A stretch of DNA of 64,000 nucleotides, taken from NCBI GenBank assembly GCA_951406725.2, contig OX597829.1:5890001-5954000 (forward strand), given 5' to 3'. Source of the DNA: Octopus vulgaris (Eukaryota). Positions within the stretch are counted from its first letter, which is position 1. Each line of letters begins with the position of its first letter. The notes under the pieces are model-generated. The model was not told the origin of the DNA and did not search any database. It saw only the letters and a program-made list of their open reading frames with translations. Shown here in pieces: positions 44,663 to 59,682 of this stretch. The translations under genes and the position numbers were made by a program.

Positions 44663-45155
44663 ATATATATACACACACACACACACATACATATATATAT
44701 ATAGATTGATTCATTGATAGATGTGTGTCTAACGAACTTTCTCTATGTGTGCAGGGGTGTGTTAAATGTTTTTACACGGGTGGAGTGCAATGATGCTACG
44801 CTCAGTTGAGGTGTTTATCATGTGTGTCTGTGTAAATGCTTGTGTATATCTTTCTATGTGTGTATAGGTATGTATGTCTACCCATTCATACATATACTTA
44901 GGCTAAAGATCAATGTGTATTAAAGTGTTATTATTACGCAACAATTAAACAATGAGATGTCTTCGAGGTATATCTCTTCCTTATATATAAAACATTTATA
45001 TTGATGGAAAGAAAGTTGTGGTATTGTTAGCACTAAGTCTTCCTTGGTCAATTAGATCTACGTATAGAACCGTTAGAATCCTGATCCTTAAGTATTTCTC
45101 CTCAGGGAACGTGCACCTAAAATTAAGTGCAGTCCAATTTAAGGCTATAGGGTAT

Positions 45156-45281
<126 letters not shown>

Positions 45282-45284
45282 CAG

Positions 45285-45318
<34 letters not shown>

Positions 45319-45556
45319 GCACGCGTGTGTGAGACTGATATATATATATATAAGACTTAAATACGCCTTGCACGCACACATACACACACGTATGCTTGCC
45401 CGTTATAGCCAGGTTAAAGTTTTCTCATTCACACAATTTCTAAAAGCTCATATTTGTATGACATTAATTTTATTAGAGATATTATATTAAGGGAATTAAT
45501 AAGTAAACATTTAAATGTCATATCACTTCTCAAGGACTCTTGAGTAGTCTTTAATA

Positions 45557-45700
45557 ATGATTTCAAATTTTGATGCAAGGTCAACAGTTTTTGGAAAGAT
45601 AAGTCGATTATGTCGTCCCCTCTCGTGGCAGAATTTGAACTTTGAATGTAATGACGGTCGAAATGCCGCTGAGCATTTTCCCAGTGAGCTAACGATTCTA
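45557..45700 (-). mobile_element. Internally deleted SINE family B copy about 155 bp upstream of the Otx homeobox exon
   Basis: GGCAGAATTTGAACTTTGAATGTAA...GAAATGCCGCTGAGCATTT...GCTAACGATTCT. Confidence 0.7.
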
Positions 45701-45822
45701 ACAGCTCTCAGAATTTATAAGACTCTTAAATATTAAAATGCACTCATAAAAAGCAATTTCAAATGCATATTTATTTGTGTATGGTAGTGTAGTTTTCTGA
45801 GTTTTGCAAACTGAAACATTGA

Positions 45823-46017
<195 letters not shown>

Positions 46018-46839
46018 TAAACATATTTCAAACTTTCTTACTCTCTTATTTGTTTCAGTCTGTGGCCATATAGGAGCACAACACTGCATAATTTTAGTCG
46101 ATTCTACTGATTTACCCAGGATCTATTTTTAGGTCTGGTACTTGTATTGGAGATGTCTGCTTTTTGCACTGTCACATTACAGTGTGTATATGTTTGTGTG
46201 TATGCGTGTGTGTACGCACAAATAATTATATCATTATATGTAATATGTATATGACGAGCTTTTTTCGGTCTGTTTACCAATATGTGTCTCTTTTGGTGGC
46301 ATAACGAAATCCATTCTATTGAATATATTTCTAGTCTGATGATAACGTCTTCACTTTCTTCCACAAGTTCTTCCTCCTTTGAGTAAGCCCTTAATAAAAG
46401 ATACAAGTCGCTAATGAATTGTGAAAGTGAAATTCTTTTAGTATATTTGATAGGTGTTCTTATATTTCATTCACACAGATGTATACTCAAATCGAACTTA
46501 GAACTCAAGCAAAACTGTCATGTTTGCAAAATTCAGTTCTAACAATTATATAATTTACAATACACTTGCGATAGGGGCTACTGAAAGATCCTAACTTGTC
46601 TGAAATTATGCAAGTAGAGTATGGGAACAAACTGATTATATTACCTGAGAATTGCAAACTGACCGAAAAATGCCAGGTTACATGTTTTGGCTTTATGTGA
46701 CACTAAACAATGGAGACATCAAATAAACATAGAAGTATAATAAAATAAATGAACTTTTAAGAAATACCTGAACCTCGTTATGTACACTTTCAGTTGTCTG
46801 CTGGATGAGTATATGTGATCTGATCAATAAGCACACAGA

Positions 46840-47620
46840 GTGAAGCCGCTTGGTACAGATTGACCTTGGTCTCTGCTGTGCATGTGCACTTAGGTTTAAC
46901 ATTTTAGCTAACTTCCGCAGTTTACAGCAGTGCTTGGAAGGTACGTGTGTAGCGTGTGATCGTCAAATTGAACACGACAGAAAGTTGAGCAGAGAATCTG
47001 CCTCAAATTTTGCCAAAAGCTTGGCAATACCTGCTCAGAGGCCTACGCAAAGTTTTCAAAATGTTTTCATTGTCCTCGACATAATCAAGGAGATCTTGTG
47101 CAACTGAAATCCCGAGTGTCTTTTTGGTCATCTTAAAGCAGTTTGGCACGAACTTGGCAGACGAAATCTTTAGTGATAATGGACTGAACTAAACCGTAAC
47201 TAATCTGCCCATCCTCTGATAACTCACGGATGGTGATTTGACGAGTTTCTCCTCACGGTTGCACACACATCTGTAATGTTTTTTCTCAGTTCTGCTAGTT
47301 GCGGGTCTCCCAGAGCGTTCGTCCTTATCGAGATTTTTTCGGCCATCTTGAAGACATCTGAACCACTCGTATTCTTGTGTGCAGCTCATACACCCCTCTC
47401 CATACACTTTCTGCAACTTCGCGTAGGCCTCTCAGCAGGTATTTCCACGACGACTTTCTTTGTCATGGTCAATGCGACGATCACACGCTACACACGTTCT
47501 TTCCAAGCACTGCTGTTAACAGCGGAAGTGAGCTAGACCGTTAAAATTTGATGCACATGCACAACAAAATTTAAGGTCACTTTGTGCCAAGAAGTTTTAC
47601 CCTGCATACTTTAGCTTCGT
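46840..47620. mobile_element. Mariner remnant made of two inverted 5' ends
   Basis: The minus ORF 47189-47416 QKVYGEGCMSCTQEYEWFRCLQDGRKNLDKDERSGRP is a mariner HTH. The + strand 46985-47065 gives EQRICLKFCQKLGNTCSEAYAK. 46860-46980 is an inverted homolog of 47460-47582. Confidence 0.8.
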
Positions 47621-49280
47621 TTCTCTGATTAATTATACCTAACACATTTCAGACAGCTATTTTTTACTTGATCACTTAAGTGTTTTGTGCATCCTATAGA
47701 ATATAATTTGTTAAATTGGTTGATTGGCTGTGCTATATAATTTCCCATCAAACTAGTTATAATTTAATGAAAAGATTTTAGTGACCTCTTTGTAATAAAC
47801 GATCTTACATCTGATAGAATTGTAATCCATACATACGATTTACTTATGTGTTGTTTACACCTAGTTCAACTATGATTAAAAAGAACTGTGCTCAAAGTCG
47901 TTCTCGTCATCACCATCAGGCATTTGTTGACGCGTATGACCATTTTATCCAGCAAAGGATTTCTTTTATAAAGATACATCGCTATTTGAGAAAGGTTTGA
48001 CGATTTCTATCGAGTATGTTTAGGCATTAGAATTTATAGAGTATTATCGTTATTTAAGTTTCGAATTCATATTTTATAGTTACATAAGTACACCGTGATT
48101 ACAAATAACATCTTAAACGGAGCTCTGCAGTTACTCTCAGGTTAGCTGACTTACTTAGCTACACGTAAATACCAACTACGTTTGACATTGAAAATGACAC
48201 TAGAAATCTTTTGAGACCGAAATGCACATACGACTGGGATATTACTGAATAAATACAAAATATATTAAATACGTCGTTTGTTAGCTTTTCGAATTTATTC
48301 TAAATTTTATGATAATAGTGATAGTGAATAGACTGTAAGATACAACTATGGTTGTCCTGTAAATTGAATGAAGCGAATAGTGAACAAATAAGATTAACAC
48401 GGAGATTTTTTACCTTCGTCATGAGACAATATTTACGAGCGGAGTTGTTCACGGACAACTTAAAACAAGCAGATAGATAGCTTACGTGTTGGGTGGGAAA
48501 ACATTTTTCTACATGGCAACATTTATAAATCGGAAGGGAAACTACCATAGCTATCTAAGACACTGATGCCATTAGATTGTTTACAACGATGTCGTAGAAT
48601 CAGATTGTTAAAGAGTTGAAGCGGTTTTAATATGCTAACGTTTTTTAACCAAATATATTTTCATAAAGTTTATAGAAAAAAAGTCTTAATACATAGCTAA
48701 AGTGATATTGACAGGTAAGAAAATATTCTTAAAAAATTAACGAGTCACTTAAAATCACACCCTTACATCTAACTTAAACTACCCTTTTTCTTCCTTTATC
48801 TCAAACTGATGGATTATTTCTGATATATAAGGAACATGGTTAAATTTATACTCTGTTTCCCTCACCCTCTCTTTCTGTTACTGTTTGCCCTTATTTGCCA
48901 TTCTCCTTTGCATGCCATTAACTTCTAAGATTCCTAGAATTGGACGGACAGTGACACACTCAAATCTATGCAAACACACCTATATTCATATTAACACACT
49001 AATGTTGAAATATATCTTTCTCTGTATATGTATATGTACACACACATACACGCACACACACACACATACACACACACGAATACATAAACTCTCACGCACA
49101 CACACTTACTAGCTGTCGTGCATGAATAAACTATTCGCTTCGTTGGTTATCTTAACCAGTTATTTTTGAAATTATCTCTTCTGCTCTTGTCGGAAGTGTT
49201 ATTTAGCCTAAACAAACAATGGGTAAATTTCTGGAATGTAAAAGCACAGATTAACAGACAACAAATGTGCGCACGAACAT

Positions 49281-49342
<62 letters not shown>

Positions 49343-49630
49343 ACTCTCATTATTTCTTTGGCAGATAAACGCGCAAGTCAATAATGTCGTTCGCCATTTT
49401 GGTTCATACTCTCTTTATCACCTCACACATTGAAACACATATATGTTTATACATCTGCGTGTGTACGTGCGCGCACTCACAGATTTGTTTTAGACATGCT
49501 TGCACACGTCCAAATCAAGAATGTCTACAGTTATGTACATGCAAAACATCTCTAGTGTGCTTGTTTCAAGGTGCATATTGATGTGTGTGAGGTGTGTGTG
49601 TGTGTGTGTGTGTATCTATGTATAGTATAA

Positions 49631-50080
49631 GTTCGTCCGTCATTGTCGACGATGGCATGGGAGAAGAAGAGGCACAGTGTGTCTGGTTGTGGTTGATCAA
49701 TCTGATGCGTATCCAGAATGCTCGGCCGCAGGTCGGGCACTGATGGGCTGCTGGTACTGAAGATGGGGAGGGATTTGGTTCTTGAGTGGTGCTGTTCGCA
49801 TTTTCTTTGTGCCTCTGCAATCTTGCTCTCCGCGTAGGTGGTGGGGCTTGTCTCGTTCCTATTGGGCCAGGCAGGGGATTTTGCTCTTGCGTTTCTCAAG
49901 CATCGGGGTTGATCTCACAGCTCCTCAGTGAGGCTTTGAGGGTAGCTTCCAAGCGCTTTTTGTGTTCATCTTGCCTCCTGTCAGTTCGCTGCGAAACAAT
50001 CTCTTGGGGAGTCGCGTGTCAGGCATTCGAACAAAGGGGTCTGCCCACCTGACTTGCATTCTCATCAGCAGTATGTGTTA
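49631..50080 (-). mobile_element. RTE-clade LINE 3' end inside the Otx intron
   Basis: QVRWADPFVRMPDTRLPKRLFRSEL...TLKASL, then C2H2-like CPTCGRAFWIRIRLINHNQTH and an ATCGTCGACAATGACGGACGAAC tail. Confidence 0.8.
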
Positions 50081-50527
50081 GGCAGATTAGGTCTCTGTCT
50101 CTCTTCTTCTTTCCCTCTCTCTCTTAGTCTTTAACTCTCTCTTTCTCTTTCTTACTCTTGCTCTATGGGAGAAGTGAAACACAAAGGACACTGCGGCCGT
50201 GTACAGCATCCTTATTTCTCTCTGGTCGTCTTCACTTGCCATTAGAAGCACAGCGAGAGAATGAGAGAAATAGCGTTGTGCAAACTTCCCTCACGTTAAT
50301 CCTCGTCACACGCAACCCAAGACAGCGCCATGATTGATCGCTAGCCACTAAACCTTTTTTTAAAAAATTTTTCTCTCTCTTTATTTCTGTGTTCCCTTCT
50401 CTTGAAGAGCGTAAACGTAAATGACTTTCTCACCTTCCCGAGCGTTAAACTAATACATCTGTTTGTTGTTTACCCACCCGTCTTTGTCTTTTGTTTTGTT
50501 TGTTTTTTTAGTACATTCCAACTGTAT

Positions 50528-50601
<74 letters not shown>

Positions 50602-50868
50602 GCACTCTCGCTGCTCAAACATGTATATATGTATTCATGTGCGCACCATGCGTGCGGTTTTATAAATCTGTATATTCAAGTAACATCCATTACTTACCAC
50701 TTAGTAAGATAATATGCAGAATCATCAGAGAATAGTAAACGTGATCTCTTGCTTTTCATTAATGATCTTTTGTTGTGAAATTTCTTACATTGGCAATATT
50801 GCAAATAGGAATTGCATATTTTTGACTAAAGAATGTATTACATTCATTATCCAATATATCACCGCAGG

Positions 50869-51082
50869 AAGACGGCGTGCTGGCAGAAACGTTAGCACGC
50901 CGGGTGAAATGCATGGCAGTATTTCATCTGTCTTTACGTTCTGAGTTCAAAATCCGCCGAGGCTGACTTTGCCTTTTATCCTTTCGGAGTCGATAAATTA
51001 AGCACCAGTTGAGTACTAGGGTCGATCTAATCAACTGGCTCCTCCCCCTAAATTTAGGGCCTTGTGCCTAGTGTAGAACAGA
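50869..51082 (+). mobile_element. SINE family B copy in the Otx intron
   Basis: Near full-length family B match. Confidence 0.88.
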
Positions 51083-51632
51083 ATATAACCCCACTGGAAG
51101 TATTATGATGTTTAGACAAAGTTATATACTGAGAGAGAGAGGGGGGGAGAATATCAATCAAAAACTTTCGGAAACAATTACCTCTCCCCATACAGTAAAG
51201 GGGGAGAAATGGCAGAATGATCGAACTATCGAAATCAATATATGCTCTCCTGCAGGCAAGAGATAAAATCCCGGAAACGAAAGATAGCTCTGATGTGGTG
51301 ATAGCAGTGCTACCGGGTCTCAATGATTAAGGGAAGGTGAATTGTTATATTTGAGCGTTGCTCGCATCAGAAACTTCTACATCGCTCTCTTTCGTTGCAG
51401 GTAGCTTCGAATGATTGGTTTCGTAATAAGAATAATTTACAAGCACGGCATGTGATCTTGGAAAACACGTTGTTTATCTAGAGTTAAAAATAAGAGCCCC
51501 ATTAAATGGGGATTGAAGGGAATCAGCACCAGAACTTGTAAAGATAGCTACAAGAGATATTTACAATATTAATATATTAGAGAAATAATTTTATCAATAT
51601 ATCATAGTGGTGAATGTTTATATGCATCTATC

Positions 51633-51677
<45 letters not shown>

Positions 51678-51988
51678 GTACACAAACACACACATACATA
51701 CATACATACATACATACATACATACATACATACATACATACATACATACATACATACATTCATACATACATACATACATATATATACATATATATATGTG
51801 TGTGTGTGTATGTACATACTGCGTGCATCTGTGTATTAGTGTGTTCGAGTGCATGCGTTTGTGTATGAAGATGTAGAAGTTTAATAAGTGCGTGAGCTTG
51901 CTGAAATCTGAGTATAGGTTGAAGAAGTATATGTGTAATATATATATATATATATACACACATATATATATATATATATATACATATA

Positions 51989-52020
<32 letters not shown>

Positions 52021-52044
52021 CATATACACATATATATATATACA

Positions 52045-52118
<74 letters not shown>

Positions 52119-52840
52119 ACTCATACGTTTAGATGAAATTCATTGCAGATAATCGGAGGGTAAGAGTGGATTGTCCAGCTTTCTTAAATTGTATTTCCAA
52201 GGAATGATTCTACTAATTAATTATAATTAATATGTCAAAATCTTTTAAGTTTGAGGCTTTGTGTTTAATCATGTTTAATTCTATATTGTGGATTATTAGA
52301 AATATTTTTCATCATTCAATATTTTTCATCATTCAAATCGAATGTAGCATTTTAACCGCTACTTTTGATATTATTTCAATGAAATATTTAAATAACTTCA
52401 ATCGTGTGCGTTCTCCTGTTCCTTGTTGTCGCTTGTTTTGAAAATTTTACAGCATTCTCTCATTTAAGAAAATAATATTGTGGTGTTGTTATAATTAAAA
52501 ATGTAATATACTTTTTAAAATAAAATATTCCTTCATTGTCATTCATTAAGCTTAGTATCTTACATGTATACAATAATATGTGTGTTTGTGTGTGCGTGTG
52601 TGTGTATACAATAATATGTGCATGTTTCTCTATATATGTATGTAAAATATATTTAGACTGTAAAATAGTATATAGTTCAGATATGCAGCGAACTGCTGCA
52701 AAATTTAAAATTTAAGTTAATGGAAAATAAATCCATTCAAGAGAGTTTGTTGAGATGTTAACGTATATATTAACCGTTTTTGTTTTGATACCACCCTTAT
52801 TTTTATCATAACATGTTTCATTTTCTTTATATTTAAATAG

Positions 52841-53371
52841 GTATGGTTTAAAAACCGTCGGGCTAAATGTCGACAACAGCAGAAGGCACAAGAAGGAAAA
52901 AAACCTACCCCAAAAAAGACCAAGTCACCTTCTCCACCCACAAGCTCACCCGGAACCCCCTCGTACAAAACAACCCCGATAACGAGTCCTTCCAACGGCA
53001 GTATGAATTCTTCTCCACCTATTTGGAGCCCTGTCTCTGTACCCTCGGTCAACGATTTGATGGCGTCAAACAGCTGTATGCAGCGGACTGGCTACCCGAT
53101 GAGCAACGGTCAAGCGGCGGCCGCATATACGCCGCAAAACTACGGCCATTCCGGCTACTACGGCAACATGGAATACCTTCCGCCGATGCAGCTGCCTGTG
53201 ATGTCCACCAACCAGATGACCTCACCGATGTCCAGCATCACGAACGCCCACACCACGCAGATGGGTTCCTACGGCCCGCTGTCGGGCGCTCAGTCCTTGG
53301 CGCGTCCAAACCACGGCGAATGTTTGGAATATAAGGACCCATCGGGTTGGGCGAAATTTCAAGTGCTGTGA
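52841..53371 (+). CDS. Otx: Otx terminal coding exon: end of homeodomain, Pro/Ser-rich region, WSP motif and Otx tail
   Basis: AG acceptor at 52839-52840, phase 0. Translates VWFKNRRAKCRQQQKAQEGKKPTPKKTKSPSPP...PPIWSPVS...GECLEYKDPSGWAKFQVL* (TGA ends 53371), in frame with ORF 53003..53371. K50 (WFKNRR), IWSP and CLxYKD...KFQVL are diagnostic of Otx. Confidence 0.97.
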   Translation, partial: VWFKNRRAKCRQQQKAQEGKKPTPKKTKSPSPPTSSPGTPSYKTTPITSPSNGSMNSSPPIWSPVSVPSVNDLMASNSCMQRTGYPMSNGQAAAAYTPQNYGHSGYYGNMEYLPPMQLPVMSTNQMTSPMSSITNAHTTQMGSYGPLSGAQSLARPNHGECLEYKDPSGWAKFQVL

Positions 53372-53535
53372 AACATGGAGGATTCAGTATATCTCTTTAA
53401 AACAAAATTCTAAAAAAAAAAAAAGAAATTCTAAAAAAGGTTTTAAAAAGAAAAAAAGATAAAAAGCAAAACAAAATGGAAAACAATTTAATATATAAAA
53501 GAGAGAAAGATGTCACGTGGAGAAACGTTTTTTTA

Positions 53536-53569
53536 AATAAACATAATGGAGGTTTGACCAATTAAAATA

Positions 53570-53629
<60 letters not shown>

Positions 53630-53708
53630 TAATGACAGTAAGTTATAAAATAGGGGACTGAAAGGCAGATTAAATATGGGATGGAAAAACACCAAGCAAT
53701 GAAATAAA
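53536..53708 (+). promoter_or_regulatory. Candidate proximal polyadenylation signals of Otx
   Basis: AATAAA at 53536-53541 and 53703-53708, downstream of the stop. AATAAA is common in AT-rich DNA, so this is weak. Confidence 0.3.
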
Positions 53709-53768
53709 AAAGAAGCAAAACGGAATCAAAATAATTGTTATGCATGTTAGTATGCATCGATGAGTTCA

Positions 53769-53808
<40 letters not shown>

Positions 53809-53857
53809 GCATTATTGTCTGGGTTTCAAACAGGGTTAGATATATACATACATAGGT

Positions 53858-53965
<108 letters not shown>

Positions 53966-54121
53966 AGTTTACTATCAAATAGATCATACATCTTAGTGAT
54001 AGTTTTCCACAATGTTCCAAAGTTCTGTGAACAATCTCAAAAATCATTAAAGGAAAACCATGTAATATTAGAGATATTTGTGTATGCCTGTGTCTGTATT
54101 TGTTTTTGTATGTATGCATGA

Positions 54122-54201
<80 letters not shown>

Positions 54202-54528
54202 ATATATGCGTATATATATTGATAGAAAGATATATAGAAGCATACTTCTATTATATGTGTGTTAGTGTGTGTCCGTGTGTTTCGTTTTTGAGTTTCAATT
54301 GTTGTCACAGAGCTTTATCTTTCGTGTCGTTCCTCAGGATGTACAAATGTAGCTTTAGTTTTTACTGTCACATAGAATTTATACTCTGTGTGTGTGTGTC
54401 TGCGTGTGCATGCGTTTGCATTTGGGTGTCTGTGTGATATCTATACACACGTACACGCATGAAATATACTAAAAATTATTATAGATCTTGCTGCTGCTAT
54501 AAATGCTACCGTTCTGGCAAAATGAAAT

Positions 54529-54606
<78 letters not shown>

Positions 54607-55260
54607 CACCACCAACGATAATACCATAATTTTGAGCCGTTTGTTAGCAGAACAGCTACAGTGTTAAATAATTGGCTCTGCACTAGTTATTCCGGTCTTC
54701 AGTGTCTGCGTTTAAATCCAGTCAAGTTTGCCTTTCAACCCTTCGGGATTGTTAAAATTGGAGAACCAGTCACCGCGATCGCTTTATTCGACTAACATTT
54801 ATCGCCTTAGAGTTGATAACCTTGCTCCAAATCAGAAATAATATCATTATTGTTAACTCCACTACAGCGAATCGAATTTCATAGTGTCTGTATGGTAGAC
54901 ATAATTTCTTCAAAATTATCATCCAAATATCTATCTTGAAATCTCTAAATTCCTCAGAGTTATCTAGCCACAACTTTATATTTAACTGATTATATACCCT
55001 TAGTAAATCTAATAAAATTCATTGCGTCCACTCATTAAATAAGACGGTAAATAATTATAGAATTAAATAATTTGTGGAATAATGTCAACAATACATTTTC
55101 TTTTACACAAAGATTATTCAAAACGAATTCACACCGCTACTCCTGTCTTACGTTGGCTCATTTTCAAATTTAAGAATTAATTTCTCAGCTAGATACATTC
55201 ATGTCAAATGCAACATTCCTTCATTTATGTATGTGCGTGTATGCATATACACACACACAC

Positions 55261-55339
<79 letters not shown>

Positions 55340-55921
55340 CATAAATATGCGTGTGTGTGTATATATAAATGCATATACATACACATACACATACATGCAT
55401 ACATACATGCATATATATGTAGAATTTTACTATATATATATATGTGTGTATGTGTACGATGTTATTTGAGTACGAATACATTAATGATATCGATTTTGAT
55501 AAAAAGCATATCCTTCGTTTTAAGCAATATTTCTTTCCCTTTTCTTAAGGGAACACAGCCATATAATAAAGCTTGCATAAATACATATATGTATGTATAT
55601 ATATATATATGTTCATACACATACACATTAACTCGCTTACTCACTCACTCACTAACTCGCTCACATACGTGTATAGCCATATAATGTATTTGTAGGTGGC
55701 TCATCTATTTTAGATCATTCTTATATCTCGTCTGGTGTGTGTATTTGATGAAGGTTTAAGCGTACCCGATACAGACTATTCAGGCCTGTACAAAGCACTT
55801 GAGTAAAGACATATTAACTTGACAATATAAATGCATTTTGTACTTTCTAGAATAGGGATTTTCTTCATTGATTAAGAATAATATATAACAATAATGTGTA
55901 CGCGTATATGTGTATATATCG

Positions 55922-55965
<44 letters not shown>

Positions 55966-56342
55966 TATATAAACATATCCGCACGCGCATGCAGATACAC
56001 ACGCGTACACATATAGCAATATGTATGTGTGTATGTACATATATATATAAATATATATATATGTGTGTGTATATATATATATATACATACACCTATGTAT
56101 ACAAACACACACACATATATGTATACAACTCCTGCCCGCTTCCGAGTCACTCGTTTATTTTATACTCTTTCAAAAGACCTATCTATTTCAGTATACGAAC
56201 ATCAATATCTTTATCTAACGTCCCTTAATCTATCCATTTAACCATCGTTCTCCCTCTGTCTGTCTATCTCTCCCTCTCTCTCTCTCCACATACACACATA
56301 TGTATGTGTATATATACATATATATTTATATATATATGTATG

Positions 56343-56390
<48 letters not shown>

Positions 56391-56404
56391 TATTTATATA
56401 TATT

Positions 56405-56456
<52 letters not shown>

Positions 56457-56715
56457 TCTCAAAGTATCTTATCTATATATGCTATTCAGTCGATCCTCCA
56501 TATAACAAATTTCTGTATTCAAATTCTGTGGAACCCCAGATAAATTGATCGATTTCGCTGTCAATAAAAAAGTATTTCAAATTAAGTAGGTCTACATAAT
56601 TGTTTTATGGAGAAGTATCCAGACCATATTTTTTATACTAACGGAGACAACATTAACTAAAGCAGCAAAAACGACGACGATCACAGCAACAACGATAATA
56701 ATAATAAAAGTAATG

Positions 56716-56785
<70 letters not shown>

Positions 56786-57376
56786 CGATAATGATAAAAC
56801 AATAATAATAGATTGTAATTTATGCAGATGGATAGCAAATGCAGCAACAAGGATAGTGAAATATTGAATTACATAGAATGGATGTAACAAATTATTATGA
56901 TTTGATCAGTTTTGCTTTCTTCTACCTTCGCCTTTTTATGTCCCTTCTCTGAAATTTCCATCATTTTGAATAGGTAAAAGAGAAACATCCACGCTTCTTT
57001 TTTATGCTATCAGCTATTCATTGGGGACACCTTAAAGCCCAACCATTAATGAAGTCAAACCTGTAGATATCCTCTTGGTGTCTTTTATCTCAGCGGTTTC
57101 ACCCTTATATTACCTGGACTGAGCGGATATGGTCAAGCCTGTAGACACATCCAGGTCAACACGATATTCTCCCGAAATTTTTTTGAAACATTAATGCAAA
57201 ATGTTGCATAAATTGTAATTATATATACGCACCTACATATATAATACATATATGTGAGTGTGCGTGTATACCTCTATACATACACATGTGTGTTTATGTA
57301 TATATATATAGGTATATGTATATATATATATATATAAATATATATATGCATATGTATATATATATATATGTATATG

Positions 57377-57427
<51 letters not shown>

Positions 57428-57523
57428 ACATATATATATTGGGGTGAGTGATCGTTTACATTTAGTATGTTTCACTATATGCATATATGTCACATATATG
57501 TATATATATATGTATTCGTATGC

Positions 57524-57564
<41 letters not shown>

Positions 57565-57836
57565 TATATATATAAATATATATATATATAAATGCACATA
57601 CATACACATATTTATACGAACGTATAAATGCATATACAAATATTAAAGAAAACTGTGTGTACGTCCTTATAATATTTTCATTGTATTATTAATTATATGA
57701 ATATTATCTTTGTTATTATTTTTCTTATTTTGAGATTGTCAATTTGTGATTACACTCCTGGTCTATAGTAGAACGTGTGTAATAAAAAGAATTCAAAAAT
57801 GGAATAAATGCGTATGCTTGAATATGTGCGTATATA

Positions 57837-57868
<32 letters not shown>

Positions 57869-57925
57869 CATACATTTATATATATATATATAGTTATATA
57901 TTCATAAAAATATGTGCATGTGTAT

Positions 57926-57959
<34 letters not shown>

Positions 57960-58109
57960 CCATTGCATATATATTCATATACATATATAAATATTTATAT
58001 TCAATGTCTGATATTAAAATTAGACACATTGCCACGACCATCATACTTAGTAAAATATCACAAAACGATGTTTTTATTTACAAAACTAGTAAAATTACTA
58101 TTAGTATGT

Positions 58110-58123
58110 TGCTATTATTATTA

Positions 58124-58159
<36 letters not shown>

Positions 58160-58189
58160 GTATCATTATTATTATTATTATTATTAGTA

Positions 58190-58241
<52 letters not shown>

Positions 58242-58335
58242 CATTATCATCATCTTGGTCATCGTTATCATCATTATTATAATTCTATCAATATTAATTT
58301 TATTTCATTTTTTTCACTTCTGATCTTTATTATTA

Positions 58336-58403
<68 letters not shown>

Positions 58404-58438
58404 ATTAATATTATTATTATTATTATTATTAATATTAA

Positions 58439-58531
<93 letters not shown>

Positions 58532-58600
58532 CATTATTATTATTATTATCATTATTAGTATTGCTGTCATCATTATTACTATTATTAATTTCATCATCGT
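58110..58600. repeat. (TTA)n microsatellite region
   Basis: Direct reading. Confidence 0.93.
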
Positions 58601-59597
58601 TGTCATTCTTCTATTTATCAAACACTATAAAATAACTTCGATATTTCACGCAAACATGAGCATGTATATGCATATATATTTATATATACATACATATATA
58701 CATATCTATATATACACGCACACACATATATATACATATATATTAACAAATATATAATTATATATGTTTGTATATGCATATGTATATAAATTTGTGAATA
58801 TATATGTATATATATCTATATGTGTGTGTGTGTATATATATATATATATTTGCTAGATTTATTTATGTGTATAGATTGTTTTACGTATATAATATAATAT
58901 GTAACGCATACATATATATATATATATTTATATATTACGTATATATTTATATGAATGATAAAAATATACATATACCAGAAAAAAGAAAAGTTTGTGTTTG
59001 TACGTCCCCGATCTCTAATTAAACAACAAAATGTCGTCCCTAATATCTCCGTATATTTGTTTATTGCTTCAAAGGAATCAAAATACATAGTTTTCTTCAT
59101 CTTTTAAGTCTTTTTCATCACGAGATCATTTGTATTTTCTCACTTTTTCGTTGATGTTCGGAAAAAAAGTTAGAGAAAAAAAAATAAATATAAATATTTT
59201 CACTTTACAAGAAAGAGATGTTGTCTCCCAAAAAATATTTCAATCATTCTACACACAACGCATTCGTTTCACATGCACTTACTAGAATCAATGTGTTAAA
59301 ACAAAATGGCGCATATGAGATGTTGACAAATATATATAAGTTTTTCACACATTGCGATGTATGCATATATAAATGGATGTCTCTATATATACAAATGCTC
59401 ATATATATATATATGCATACGCACACATACATAATGTGCATGTATGTGCTTTTGTATATATAAATGTATAAATATGCATATGCATATTCTTATGCAAATG
59501 TTATATATATGCATATATATATGTGTGTATATATGTGGTCATATGTCTATGTAGATTAATGAATATATAAATATATATATATATTATATATATATAT

Positions 59598-59682
<85 letters not shown>

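Noticed and set aside
46104-46406. 100-aa minus-strand ORF in the Otx intron
   Set aside because: No recognisable domain; it runs into low-complexity and SINE-derived sequence.
52776-52855. Possible intron-exon pairing (GTTTTT/AAAAAC and ATACC/GGTAT) over the K50 codon as an ADAR recoding structure
   Set aside because: Only 11 bp split by a large internal loop, which is chance level in AT-rich DNA; it would need editing data to revive.
52867-53334. 155-aa alternative-frame ORF overlapping the last Otx exon, and antisense ORF 52717-53052
   Set aside because: Shadow ORFs expected from GC-rich codon usage; no recognisable motif, and the ATG is internal to a spliced exon.
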